A DNA stretch of 64,000 bases from Eledone cirrhosa (Eukaryota): positions 178,560,001 to 178,624,000 of the forward strand of contig OZ024741.1 of NCBI GenBank assembly GCA_964016885.1. Direction: 5' to 3'. A program made the position numbers and the translations under genes. Shown one piece after another: positions 45,613 through 60,339 of this stretch. The notes beneath the pieces are model-generated. The model saw nothing but the letters and a program-made list of their open reading frames with translations, made no database searches and had not been told where the DNA came from. Positions within the stretch are counted from its first letter, which is position 1. Each line of letters starts with the position of its first letter.

Positions 45613-46098
45613 AATATTTATTTATAAAACTAATCTGTATTGTATTTTATCTGATGAAAGCGCCCCATAACTTGCCTTGGTGGCCCTTGAAATATGTATA
45701 ATAAAATAAATATGGTTTTATAAATATAGTTTCCACTTGTTAATATATTGTATATTTACTCCAATAATTTGTTAAGTTCTTTATATCAGTTATAAAAATA
45801 TTTTTAAGCTTGTTGTATCCCAACAAATTAAATATAACCTCTGCATATATATATATGTATATATATGCAGAGGTTATATTTAATTTGTTGGGATACAACA
45901 AGCTTAAAAAAATTTTTATAATTGATTTAAAGCACTCAACAGCTTATTGGAGTAAATATACAATATATTAACAAATGGAAACTATATTTATAAAACCATA
46001 TTTATTTTATCATACATATTTCAAGGGCCACCAAGGAAAATTATGGTGCGCTTTCATCAGATAAAATACAATACAGATTAGTTTTATAAATAAATATT
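45613..46098. mobile_element. Palindromic pair of ~235-bp HHR-bearing non-coding units around a TA core
   Basis: 45613-45845 is the reverse complement of 45867-46098; HHRs at 45643-45708 (+) and 46003-46068 (-). Confidence 0.85.
45643..45708 (+). ncRNA. Type I hammerhead ribozyme
   Basis: TATTTTAT-CTGATGA-AAGCGCCCCA...TGGTGGCCCTT-GAAA-TATGTA-TA-ATAAAATA. Confidence 0.72.
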
Positions 46099-46121
46099 GA
46101 CATATATATATATATATTATT

Positions 46122-46308
46122 ATTGGCAGTATCGGTAGAGGGTCGGACGCTATGCTTTGCAGCAAAGAGTTATGGCCTTTTATGGTCTGAGTTCAAATCC
46201 CGCTGAGGTTAACTTTGCCTTTCATCCTTACGAGGTCGATAAAATAAAGTACCAGTAATGCACTGGATAATTGATGGCCTTGTGCCTAAAGTAGAAACAA
46301 TTATTATT
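46122..46308 (+). mobile_element. SINE whose (ATT)n tail is joined to the R4/Dong-like LINE 3' end
   Basis: A/B boxes and body; tail AATTATTATT joins directly to the reverse-complement LINE 3' end. Confidence 0.85.
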
Positions 46309-47340
46309 GTTTCTGAGATATATGCCGAGTGTCTTCCTGACACGTAGGGTGCATTGGTAAGCCAGTTAATGCACCACATTGATTATAATTTAAAAAAAGA
46401 AACAGTGTACACATATACACATGTGCATATGCATATGTAAATACAAGGAGGGATATCAATCTTACAGAGATAGTTCTCTTCTCAATACATGTGCAGTACC
46501 ACTCAAAACAATTTTTTGCACCTCGTGCAGAGAGGGTAAACCAGGAATCATTCGAAAATATTGTTCTGTTCCTTTCTTGATCATTCTCAGTCCTCCCACA
46601 ATCACTGATATTGTAACGGCCTTGAGGTGCCACATTTTCTCAATTTCAATAAGCAGATCTTTATATTTTCGTAGCTTCTCAAATTCTTTTGCCGCGATAT
46701 TGTGATTACATGGGATGCTCATATCTATCAATAAACAGACCTTGTTATGTTGATCTTTTATAATGATGTCAGGTATATTTGCTTTTATGGTCCTGTCAGT
46801 ATGTACAGGAAAGTCCCAGAGAATTGTTACTTTTTCTCCTTCAGTTACAGCCTCAGAGTGATGATTGTAACACTTGTCTTCAGCCTTGAGTTTGTAATGC
46901 CGACATATTACCCAGTGTAGATATTGGCCAACTCTGTCATGTCTATATTTGTATTCTACTGGTACTAAAACTTTACATCCAGAGACTAAGTGATCCACTG
47001 TTTCAACCCCAGCATTGCAGAATCGGCACTTTGGGTTTATTCCGCTTCTCATCACATTGGCCTGGTAATTACGAGTCAATAAGCTTTGATCTCGGGCAGC
47101 TAAGATGAAGCCTTCACTCTCCGCCTTTAGCCCTGAACTACGTAGCCACTGATGAGTGTGCTTTTGGTCAACATCCGCTTGTTTGCTACGGGCCACATAT
47201 TTGCCATGCTCCCAATTTGATGCTAATTGTCCTTGCCCTTTTGCTTTTGCCAGTGATTTTATGTGCCTAGCAGCATCAGTTGCAACTGTTTCTTTAGTCT
47301 GTCCAGCCTGGGTATCAAGCATGAGATCAGTAACATTATT
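46309..47340 (-). mobile_element. R4/Dong-like non-LTR retrotransposon, 5'-truncated (CCHC finger + restriction-like endonuclease)
   Basis: ORF 46462-47322: CRFC...ETVDHLVSGC...RHDRV...ILWDF...TDRTIKANIPDIIIKD...LIDMSIP...KEFEK.RKY.DL. The 3' UTR ends in AATAATAAT. Confidence 0.88.
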
Positions 47341-47703
47341 ATCCCGCTAAGGTTAACTTTGCCTTTCATCCTTACGGGGTCGATAAAATAAAGTACCAGT
47401 AATACACTGGAATAATTACTGGCCTTGTGCCAAAAGTAGAAACAATTATTATTATTATTATTATTATCATTATTATTATTATTATTATTGGCGACCTACG
47501 TAGGAAATCGTATCATCTTGAGCTCCGCAAAGGTTTGTTGTTTTCAGTTGTTTCAAATTGCCATTTATGGAAAATCTTTGTTGTTAAGTGTTTATAAGGT
47601 CACATAACTTGCTTTCGGAAAAGGACACTCACAAAGATTGGGGCCTTGAGCCCAAAATTTAAACTTTTATAATTATCAAACAAAAACTTTCTTTGGAAAA
47701 ATC

Positions 47704-49690
47704 ATGGAAGACTCACAGCCACACCAGGCTGACAGCCTACCTCACAAAGTAACACCTCACACCAACATCACCATTGTAAATATTACTACGTTTGCCAACA
47801 CTAAAAATATAAGCAGTAGCAATAATTTAAATTTGTCTCATGCAGACATTCATTTCCCGCCATTATCAATGACTGCAGGTGTTGAAGCCGCCACCCCCAC
47901 CACCATCACAGCGACAACAGAAACAAAAGAAAAAAATGAATTATCTCGTGACATCGAAATGGATTCACCCAGAATCGAATCTTCCACACCGAACACCACT
48001 GACGCCGCCACCACCACAACTAAAACTAAAAATAACAATAACAAAAATAACAATAACAACAACAGCAACAACAACAACAATGAGAATAACAACATAACAT
48101 CAACACCACCGTGTCGTTTGCCAAAGCAGCCAAAAAATGCGAAGCAATCCAGGTAACCCAGGAGGAATTAGATGAAGCCAAGAGAACGGTAAAGAAAGAT
48201 GGGTACAGGGTTAGACTCCCCCCACCTAATACAATGGAGCATCGGTGCCTCTGCACCGTGTCTTATCGGACGATTAACATAAAATCGCGCCGAGTGGACG
48301 GGCATCCGATTCCCAAACCCAAAAGGCTTTGGGACATGTGTGGGCGAAAAAATCCCACATCAGACGTGGGCAGAAATATGAAACCGTGGACGTGTTCTTT
48401 GGAAGCACTCCATGGCCCAATTAAGAAGCGACGACTTCACACTCGTCCCAAGCTATTGTGGCCAGAGACTCGTGAAGATCAGGGTGACCCACGTTCCACC
48501 GGCCATCGAAATTCCCTGGCTAATGGCTGCCGTCCTCGCCGGCATCGAGGCCAACACCAAGATAATTGAAATAGCAAAAGAAAAGCAGGAGAACTGGTCC
48601 GGATCTGGGATGGAATCCTGATCCAAGCGGACCAAAAAAGCATTGAGGAGATCCCAGAGGTAATAAACCTCACTGACGGCAGCCACCTCATCGTAATCGT
48701 CGAGAGCAGAAGGCCTAGATGTGTCGTTTGTGGTGAAGGAACCCACCTAAGGGCTTTCTGCCCTCAGACTAAAACGTTGAGGCCACCTCTCTTACCCACC
48801 CCAGTGATTCAACCATCAACACCACCAAGAACAGAAATGGCAGCAACAACTATAGCAGCAACAACAGAATCAACTGTAGCAGCAACAACCCCAGCAACAG
48901 TAACAAAACCAACACCACCACCACCCAACGCGCCAGAACTAGCACCAGCGCCTACACCATCCACCACGCCACAACCAAAACCAACGCCTGTGGAGGATTT
49001 TCCACTTCCCGACCTATCGCAACTGGAAACAGATTGTGACGATGGGGAGTGGGAAACGGTATCAGGAAAAAAGAAAAAAAGAAAAGAAGCCAAAAAAAGA
49101 AATAATCCTCTTCCTTCCCCCTCCAAAAACAAAATACAGAGGGAAACAAATAGACTATCAAACAAAAAAGTTAGGACAGCTATGCCACCATCCACACCAG
49201 CATCACCAACTCCATCACCACAAACACCAATACCATCACCATCATTAACCCCAACACCACCATCACCATCATTAACCCCAACACCACCATCACCAACACC
49301 ACAAAAGTCACCAAAAAGCGAAACAGAAACAAACCCACAACAAACGCTAACAAAACAAAACAACTAAAACGATACACACTACACAGCATTAAATTTTAAC
49401 AACAACCAATTATTACACTACATCCAACACAACACCAGCGTCACAGAAAAAGACTACACAACACCCCAAAAGTTCACACCACCTCCACACATACGAATCA
49501 CTCGCATCTCACAGAAAACGTACACGACACTAAAACAAAACTGCCAAAGACATCGGAGACTTCCGACAAGCACTCTCCAGGAGGATTTATAAGGACATCC
49601 TTCTGGAGGAGGCCACAAGCAGTGAAAAGGATGGAGAAACCATCCTTCCTCTACGAGAAGTAAGGTAAGTGGTCTTTCCCATCTTTTCCA
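47704..49690 (+). pseudogene. LINE ORF1 (gag-like, CCHC knuckle, Pro/Thr-rich, basic patch), disrupted
   Basis: SFAKAAK; VKIRVTHVPP; CVVCGEGTHLRAFC (CX2CX4HX4C, 48720-48761); GEWETVSGKKKKRK. Several frameshifts. Confidence 0.8.
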
Positions 49691-49702
49691 CTCCATTTCA
49701 AC

Positions 49703-52700
49703 ATGAACTCCCTCAGAATAGGCAGCATAAATGCGCGTGGCTTGGGGTCATCATGGAAGCAGGGCCACCTGCTCAACGACCTCAGGTCACTAAACATAGA
49801 TGTAGTGGCCATCAGCGAGACCAGAATCTCCGAATCACGGGCTTCGCACCGATCTTCGGCGGCTACGATGTGTACGCATCTCCCAGCCGTCCTGGATCGG
49901 GGGGAGGGGTTGCTGTGCTTTTTCGGAGATGTTTGGACCTCGCCATACGGGCCATCTTCCTGGACCCAGAAGGTAAGTTGGTGTTGCTGGACGTGACCAG
50001 CGGAGACGGGCAAGTTTTCAGGCTAGTGGCCGTCTATGCCCCGACAGGAGCAGGGCGGCCTGATTTCTTCCGGCGTCTAGAGACCTTTCTTGGAACGTCC
50101 CGCTCTTTAGTGTTAGTGGGCGACTGGAACGGGGTCTTAGAGGCACGCTGGGACTGTATTGTATTAGCGGATAGGGGAGGAGGGTGCAAGAGCCTCAGCA
50201 ACCTGCTCAGGCGTTTTGAACTGTCTGAGAAGTACCGATTGGATTTCCCTAATGTGCCAATATGGGCTTGGACAAACCGTATCGGCTCATCCAGATCATA
50301 TCTAGATAGAGTATTTTGTAGGGAAATAGATAGGTCTAGCATAGGCAATTCACAATAGCACAATTTACAATAGTCAGCTTCACGAACCACAAATTCGTGA
50401 TCTGTGTGCTTGACTTAGTTAGGCTTCATAGACGAGGACCCGGCTACTGGAAGCTAAACGCGTCCTTACCAGCGCGCAAGGCCTACAGAGACCGGATTAG
50501 CAAACTAGTTAAGCGGACGTTGACGGGGGCCATCGTCAACAACAAGTGGTGGTTTGCCCTGAAAAGAGCTATTAGAATAGAGTCCATTAGGTTTAGTAAG
50601 GCTTTAGCTATAGAGAAAAATAGAGCAGAGGGAGAACTAGTTAGAAAATTAGACGAGGCGCTTAGCAAAGGCATCGCGACCGTCGTACTTGGCGAATTTG
50701 CAAAGCACGAAGGCTGCGTTGTCAGAGCTAGGGTGCGTGCTCTCAGACACGAGGGGACGACAGCCGTTCAATGGGCCCGAGTGGCGGAGGCGCGTCGTGT
50801 CAACAAAGCCACGATCCGGTATTTGGTGGACCACGACAGGCTCATGCCAACTCGATCCCGGGCAAATGTGTGAAGCTTTTCAGCGACACTTCGCTCAGCT
50901 GTTCGGGGGCAGCGGCGGGCCGGATCGAGGGATGGACTTTAGTGTCTACCTGAGGCGGAGTGTTACGAAAAGCCGATAACAGCCGCTGAATTACGGGAGG
51001 CAATAACTGGCTGCACAAGGGGTAAATCGCCTGGCTTGGATGGCCTGCCCTATGAACTTTACGTACAGATACCAGACTTTTTGGGAAGCCTCTTGGCGGA
51101 CGTCTACTGCAACTGGCAATAGAACGGGAGAATTCCCAGCTCTGTGAGCCGAGAAGCGGTGGCGCTGCTGAGAATCGATCCGAACAAGGGGGATAACATA
51201 GATAATTTCAGACCCATAACTCTGCTAAACACAGAGTTCAAGATTTTGCCCAAGGTGCTAGCAAAGAGGTTGGCGCTTGTCGTTGGTGGTCTGGTGGGAG
51301 AGGTGCTGACATGCGCCATTCCCGACAGATCCATCCACGATAACCTCCACCTCATGCGATACATAGTGGAGAGGGTAGCTAGGGAAACTGGCACGGGTGG
51401 GTCCTTGTTCAATTTAGATGAGTCGAAAGCTTTCGATAGGGTCGACCATCGTTACCTAGCGGCAGTCTTGAGGGCCGCTGGCTTTGGGCCCGTCTTCAGA
51501 GGCTGGATCGCTGCCATGCACAGCGACATCTGCTCTGTGGTGAGGGTGAACGGTCACCTTTCGGAACTTTTCAACATCATGCACTCGGTCCGCCAAGGAT
51601 GCCCCCTCTCGTCCCTCTTGTACGTATTGACTCTCCGGCCATTACTGCACAAACTGGAGACGTTGAGGGGGGTCCCGTGCGAACTAGGATGCGGAAGATC
51701 CGTGTCAGCATATGCGGACGATGTCACCGTAGTGGTGTCGAACGCCATACACATCGAGGCGATCGGCACTGCAATAAGAGAATACGAATCCGTGACAGGA
51801 GCAATGATCAACCAGGGAAAGTCAGTTGGCCTGCAGCTCGGCACCTGGTGAGGCAGGTCCATGACGTCCAACAGCGTCGTCGTGCGCTGGACGGGCGGAC
51901 CGGTTAAATTGCTAGGGGTCTGGTTCGGTCCGGACCTCCAGACGGACAAAAACTGGGACGAGGTAACGAACAGGGTGGCTTCTCTCACCCAGAAATGGGC
52001 AGAGAGGAAGCTATCCCTGAAAGGTCGAACGGGGGTGGCGAATGCATACATCGCCTCCGTCATCTACTACCGCCTGACCGTCGTACCTTTTCCTGAGCCT
52101 CGCGTGACTGCGCTGGAGCGTTTGCTCTTTCGCTTTTTGTGGAAGGAGGCACTCCGATGGTCAAGCGCTCCATCTGCTCTCAACACCCGCTAGAGGGAGG
52201 ACTGGGCGTGCCCTGGCTGATGATGCGCAGACATGTGCTCAGGCTACGACATCTCCACCTCTTCCTCGACGGTCATCAGGTGTGGACGCCGTTTGCTAGA
52301 CGCGTCTTTCCCCAGCTCGTCTCCTTGACGGAGCTGCAGTCCTGCGTCAAGCGAAGACCAAGAGGGAGCGCTTGGAGACTGGACTGTCTTCAGGCGCTCA
52401 CAGCCCTCGACCAATCAGGCAATGTGATTGGTAGAAACTCCACCTTGGCGTTCTGTAGTGGATTAGTGGACGGGAAGAACGACGACGTACTTGGGGAAAA
52501 TCTAGGCGTCGACGAGAATCAACTAGCCAATCTCTTCGGAAGAACTTCTGGGCCGGGGCATATAGACAATTTCCAGAAATACCTGGCCTGGCAGTGCTAC
52601 CGAGGAGATTTGCTAGTTCGGGATAAACTCTACAGGCATAGAAGTGTCGTCAGCCGGGCATGTCCGAGATGCGCGCGGGGCGACGAAACCGTCCTGCACG

Positions 52701-53080
52701 CACTCGTCCAGTGTCTGAGCATTGCTGACTTGTGGGTTTATGTTGAACATCTGGTGTCGCGTGTAGAACGGATCCGGCTATCAGCTGAGTCCATCGTGAG
52801 GATTGACCCGCCTTCTTCCTTTAGCCGGGAAGAGTAGGCAGTTTGTATCTGTCTGGTGGCCATGGCGAAAGAGATAGTATGGTGGACGCGTCTGAAAGGG
52901 CTGAAGACGAGCCCTTACCTCTTCGGTGATGCCCTGATTAACTTTTTCAAAATTTCATTTGAAAAGGAAAATCAGGATAGAGAGGGAAGTGTTCTCTTCC
53001 CAGCATTTTGTTGAAAGATGGGTGAGAGAGGTAAGCATGGCCCGAGTGAATGGGCCTACACTGAGTATGTGCCTGTAAAT
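49703..53080 (+). pseudogene. LINE ORF2: APE endonuclease + reverse transcriptase + C-terminal zinc finger, disrupted
   Basis: SINARGL, ISET, VYAP, GDWN, SYLDRVF, GPGYWKLN, KSPGLDG, FRPITLLN, KAFDRV, VRQGCPLS, YADD, GGLG, CPRC...ETVLHALVQC; stops and frameshifts throughout. Confidence 0.92.
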
Positions 53081-53346
53081 TGAAGGTGGAAATCTGGGAG
53101 AGGGCACTTGCCCTGGTGGTCAGGGTCACCGTGGCTTTTTTTAATGGGCTTTCTCTACGAGGGCCCTCGGAGGTCACCCCCCTATTGGTGAATTTTTCAT
53201 TGTTCCTTTTTTTCTTACATCCTCTGTTTTGGGGGGCTTTTTTACACGCAGAAATGCCCATTTGTACCGTCCTGTATTGTCCTGTATTGTCATGTACTGT
53301 CCTTAATGTCTTACTTTGTGTATATCTTTGTGTTTAATAAAGAATG

Positions 53347-53388
<42 letters not shown>

Positions 53389-54446
53389 ATTCAAAGTAAA
53401 GTATGTCCTGAATGATACATAATCAAACATATGTCTTGTCTCAAAAAACAGCTCAAGATAGAATTCAGAGAATGAAATCGAGCCTTAATCATTATAAGAA
53501 AGTGAACTATTGATTGTTCTCAGGTATTTTGTTTTAATTTGTTATTAAATTTAATAAGATACTCGTCGAATTTTGTAATCTTACATTCAGTGCAGATTGT
53601 CTCTAGTTTAAGTTTTGATATATCTTAATGCATAGTTTCTTATATATATGTATATATATATATATTGTTATACTTGGGTAGGGTCATATTTGTGTAATAT
53701 TGCCAGAATTAATAACAGAACACACACACTGATTGGTTGGTTTTCGCTTTTCGCTTCTGTGACTTTTATATCGGTAATCTAATTTATTCGGTCCTCAATC
53801 AAAAACCTCGCAAAACTAATATATATATATATATATATATATACGACTTATATATATATACAATGTACAATATAGTTGTGTGTATTGGTATTTCATTCGG
53901 TATATACATAATGTACACAACGCTATTATTTTCCAGTATGGTTTCCTCCCAGACTAACATTCCTATCCTGGGACACATGCTTCTCCCCTTTGTAAATCAC
54001 TGACAGAACTGATCTTATCATTAAATCGCTAAGGTTTATTCGCTTGGTCTCCGACATCGTTCTATGAACCAGGCTCAGTTGACCTTCTGAGGAGTGTATT
54101 ATGATAATTAAACGTGTATTGTTTTCTACGGTCCAGAGTCAATATGTGTTTTGTTGAACTACATGAAATATAGAAGCACTTCATCTCCATAGAGCCAATA
54201 AGGAAGCTGTTACTTAGATATTTGACCTGCTACAAGGAGCAACATAAAGTTCAGTATATTGCACTATACTATATTCAAAAAGAGGAATGCATGAAATAAA
54301 TATTTAAATATAAAAGCGATTTGGTAGGCATGGGTAGTCATGTTTTGTCCTAGAGTGACTTGATGAGTGCCACCTTGGTCCTACAGAACAACAATGACTA
54401 CATTTGTTTGTTGGCTATCAAGTGCGTGTCTTCTCACACGATATAG

Positions 54447-54494
<48 letters not shown>

Positions 54495-54512
54495 CGATAT
54501 ATATATATATAT

Positions 54513-55156
54513 CTGAGGTATATGATTTTTAATGCGATGAAATATCAATGATGGTGGCAAATCACTTACGAAGGACTATTTTTATCATATGTAACCCATG
54601 TGCAACCACGCAGTATTCTTCTTTCTTCTCATGTTTTTTATATATATTTACCTCGGCTGTGTTTGTCTGTTTCTCTCTTACTGCTTCCCCATTCTCTCTG
54701 TTGCTGTCACCTTCTTTCGCCCACTCTGTCAGTTACACTTTCTCTCGACTGACCTCTTCCTCGCACTTCCACTCACTCACTCTCTGTTTCTCCCCTTGTC
54801 ACATCCTCCCGTTTGGCTAGTAGTGGGTTCTCTTCTTGCTCACATCTCACTCACGTCGGACGGTCTGAATCTTGATAGCTCATGAAATCCACCCAGGTTA
54901 TGCTGACCGGATAACCATGTTGCTTGTTTATTCCCATCTTTGCGTTGCTTTCATCCTTCTATGTTGTTTACTTGTCTCACTCGCTTTACGCGATTTACTT
55001 GTCCCAATAGCTTTTTTTAGTTATTGCTCGCACCAACCTGAGGTATATGATTTTTAATGCGATGAAATATCAATGATGGTTGACAAATCACTGACGAAGG
55101 ACTAATTTTATCATATGTAACCCATGTGCAACCACGCAGTATTCTTCTTTCTTCTC

Positions 55157-55163
<7 letters not shown>
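54513..55163 (+). repeat. ~125-bp direct repeat (period 525) flanking a pyrimidine-rich core, within (TA)n
   Basis: CTGAGGTATATGATTTTTAATGCG...CTTCTCATGTTTT at 54513 and 55038. Confidence 0.85.
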
Positions 55164-55231
<68 letters not shown>

Positions 55232-55232
55232 G

Positions 55233-55265
<33 letters not shown>

Positions 55266-55377
55266 TTGAAATAAAATGAAAACGAAATTTCATTTCTCAC
55301 TCTTAGTACGGCACTTACTTAAATGTAAGTATGTGTATATACGTACATACATATATGTATACAGACGTACAGTAGCA

Positions 55378-55418
<41 letters not shown>

Positions 55419-55615
55419 ACATACAGGTACAAACACATATATGCACGTATCAGTTTAGCGGACGCTTATTATAACGCCGCTTTGTTCATTTGTAAACAAA
55501 CTGATACGTGCATATATGTGTGTGTACCTGTATGTGTATGTGTGTATATATATATATATATACACTGTACGTCTGTATACATATATGTATGTACGTATAC
55601 ACACATACTTATATA

Positions 55616-57290
<1,675 letters not shown>

Positions 57291-57307
57291 TTCAATTTTA
57301 TTATTAT

Positions 57308-57362
<55 letters not shown>

Positions 57363-57676
57363 CAAAGTTTTATTTAAATTGTTGGGTTAACAACGAGTAA
57401 ATATTTATAACTGATATAAAAGCACTCAACAAGTGTTTTTTTCCTCTCTCTATATATCTCTCTCTGTTTCTTTACATGAATTTCTTCTCTCTATCTATCT
57501 CTCTATATCTATCTCTCTCTATTTAGTTGCATGCATTTCTTCTTTTTCTTCGTTTTTTCTTTCTTTCTTTTTATAACTGTCCCTAATATTTTATCCACTA
57601 CCAAATCAACTTTTCAAATAGAAGTCGATGTTGAAAGGTATGTCGAATCTATCTATTTATAAGACTGTTTATATTG

Positions 57677-57742
57677 TATTTTGTCTGAAGAAGGCATAAC
57701 ATATTTTTAATATGATATCCCTGAAATATATATAATGAAATA
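57677..57742 (+). ncRNA. Type I hammerhead ribozyme (AT-rich family)
   Basis: TATTTTGT-CTGAAGA-AGGCATAACATAT-TTTTA-ATATGATATCCCT-GAAA-TATATA-TA-ATGAAATA. Confidence 0.7.
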
Positions 57743-57976
57743 AATATGGTTTTATAAATATAGTTTCCATTTATTTAATATCGTATATATATGTATATAT
57801 ATATAGCGATATATATATATATAGTTATGTAATAAACAACATAAGATAATTATTTCATTTACCAGTGGTTTCTTGAAATGAAATAACTATCTTATGTTGT
57901 TTATTACATAACTATTAAGCTCTGTAACCTACATAGAGCACTCTATTTTCCTGGACCTTTCCGACGGAATTACTTC

Positions 57977-58055
<79 letters not shown>

Positions 58056-58065
58056 CATATATATA

Positions 58066-58317
58066 TAACGAAGGAATTGCGGTAAGGAACCAGATGGACC
58101 ATAACGCACCAGAGTACTCAATACTTAGTGTAGTAGAGTGGGTAATAGGAAAAGGTATGACCCCGACGGCGGAGCTCAAGCCGTTTCAACGGCTATTTCT
58201 GGACTCAGTGTTTTCGCATGGTGCAGGTGAAGAAATTTGAGCTGGGTGGAAAAGTCGGCTTGAGCTCTGCCGTCGGGGTCATACCTTTTCCTATATATAT
58301 ATAGCGTATATATAGCG

Positions 58318-58393
<76 letters not shown>

Positions 58394-58489
58394 GGGGTCT
58401 TACTTACTCCTATTACCCACTCTACTACCCTAAGTATTGAGTACTTTGGTACGTTATGGTCCACCTGGTCCCTTACCACTTTTCCTTCG

Positions 58490-58490
<1 letters not shown>
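58066..58490. mobile_element. Two more copies of the foldback PLE tail (58066-58292 minus; 58394-58490 plus)
   Basis: Same sequence family as 9897-10091, separated and flanked by (TA)n. Confidence 0.75.
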
Positions 58491-58537
<47 letters not shown>

Positions 58538-60071
58538 GTTGATAAGTATATATTCAACTTGATTGTTTAATAAGTAGTAGTTGCGATACCCAAATATCTA
58601 ATATCAACAAGGTACCTATATAACTGCCATATATATTATGATTCTCAATTAAACAATTCTGTTCGTTGTTTAATGATACAGTGGTGTGATTTCCACAATT
58701 TACAACGCTATTTAGCGTCTCTCGCAAAACCTGATCAAGCATTTATTCCCATTATTTTACTATCTCTTTTTTTCTCTGACCTGACAAGTTGAGTCTGTAG
58801 CAAATCTGTGAAGGAAAATTATAGATTAGTTCAACTAAATATCATATATTGCATAATTGTATTAAACCAATTAATTACGAAGTGATGTTTAGCAGCCTGT
58901 AAACTGCGAATTCTCCTTTCATGAGAAATCCATAACGAAATATATGTGCACAGATATATAATTTTTATTGTAACGAAATAATCGTTACTGCCTGGAAGAT
59001 AAATCTTTAGGTAAAAGCATACATATTGGTGAAAACACGATTGTTTCTACACGATAGTTTACAAATCTATTTAATTATCAACCGCATGCCTCTGAAAAGT
59101 TATTTCACCATCGCATTGAATTTTCCTCTTTCTCTCTTTTGTAAATAGATAGTTTATTTGTTTGTTTTTTGTTTGTTTTTTTTTTGTTTTTTGTTATTTT
59201 GATTTGTTTGTTTTTGTCTATGGTGTTTTTTTATAGACACTATGCGATGAAGAATAAGTTTACTGGTATTTGACTCATTGCTCAGTGTAATCTTGTTTTC
59301 AATTGTTAGTATCATCAACGAGGACTTGGTTGATAAGATAAGCAACAGTAATATATATTGTGCTGATTTAATCAACCATATTATTGGAAATGTTAGTCTC
59401 ATTCTTCTGTAACTCCAAAAACCAATTATCATAATATTTCACCCAAACAATTACTATTGACTAATGAAATAAATACAAACTACCAGTAATTTACTTGTGT
59501 CGATTTAATCGACTGTACATTACTTTGTTATTGCTCTGATGCAAACACGAAAGGCAATTATTTTAATGTTTCCGCTAGAACAATTTCTATTCACCAATAC
59601 GTAGATATGCATTCAATATGTCGATTGATTATTAGAATTTACGAGAAAAATACAACAGAAAAGAAATAAAATACTATAAACATATATTAAATAAGTTGAG
59701 TGGCTTTTATTTTCTTCTCTTCATTATAGCAATAGAGTTTGAGTCAACACCAACCAAAGATATGTTGCTGTCTCCTCTCAACCAATATCCATTTAATGGT
59801 GAAAATATCCTTTAATTCATTCCTAAGAGATAATGTTTTCACTATAATATATAAAAGTAATGCAACACATATATGTGTGTGTCCGTGTGTGTGTGTGTTT
59901 GGGTAATTGAGTGTCTGCATGGCTGTACGTATATTTGTTTGTGTGGCTATCTTTTGAAGTGTCTAATATAAATAATTTTAGACATTGTCATCATGTTAAA
60001 CATTGATTTCTGATTGCCAAACAACGAGGATTGAATCGTAATTACATACACATATACAAATGTGTGGATGG

Positions 60072-60133
<62 letters not shown>

Positions 60134-60167
60134 CATGGTTATGTCACTATTTATAAAACAAATTTTG

Positions 60168-60233
60168 TATTTTATCTGATGAAAGAAAACTACGATTGGC
60201 CTTGATCGCCCTTGAAATATATATTATAAAATA
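60168..60233 (+). ncRNA. Type I hammerhead ribozyme (AT-rich family)
   Basis: TATTTTAT-CTGATGA-AAG...CGATTGGCCTTGATCG..CTT-GAAA-TATATA-TT-ATAAAATA. Confidence 0.65.
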
Positions 60234-60283
60234 AATATGGTTTTATATATATATAGTTATGTAATAAACAACATAAGATAATT

Positions 60284-60339
60284 ATTTACCAGTGGTTTCT
60301 TGAAGACAGGTTGTGTCTGCCTTCAGTCGTCAGAATGAA
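60284..60339 (-). ncRNA. Type I hammerhead ribozyme, distinct family; inverted truncated copy at 60375-60428
   Basis: Reverse complement: TTCATT-CTGACGA-CT-GAAGGCAG-ACACAAC-CTGTCTTC-AA-GAAA-CCACTGG-TA-AAT. Confidence 0.65.

Larger units (their letters stand above)
47490..53347 (+). mobile_element. Near full-length L1/Tx1-clade LINE (5' UTR, ORF1, ORF2, 3' UTR), frameshifted
   Basis: GC-richer 5.86-kb block between (ATT)n tracts; gag-like ORF1, APE-RT-zinc-finger ORF2, AATAAA at 53336. Confidence 0.92.

Noticed and set aside
46293-46314. Shared AGAAACAAT ending of the SINE and the R4-like LINE, suggesting a partner LINE
   Set aside because: Only 9 bp of AT-rich identity and the tails differ (ATT vs AAT); insufficient.
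48809-49389. Minus-strand Gly/Val-rich ORFs
   Set aside because: Antisense shadows of the Pro/Thr-rich LINE ORF1.
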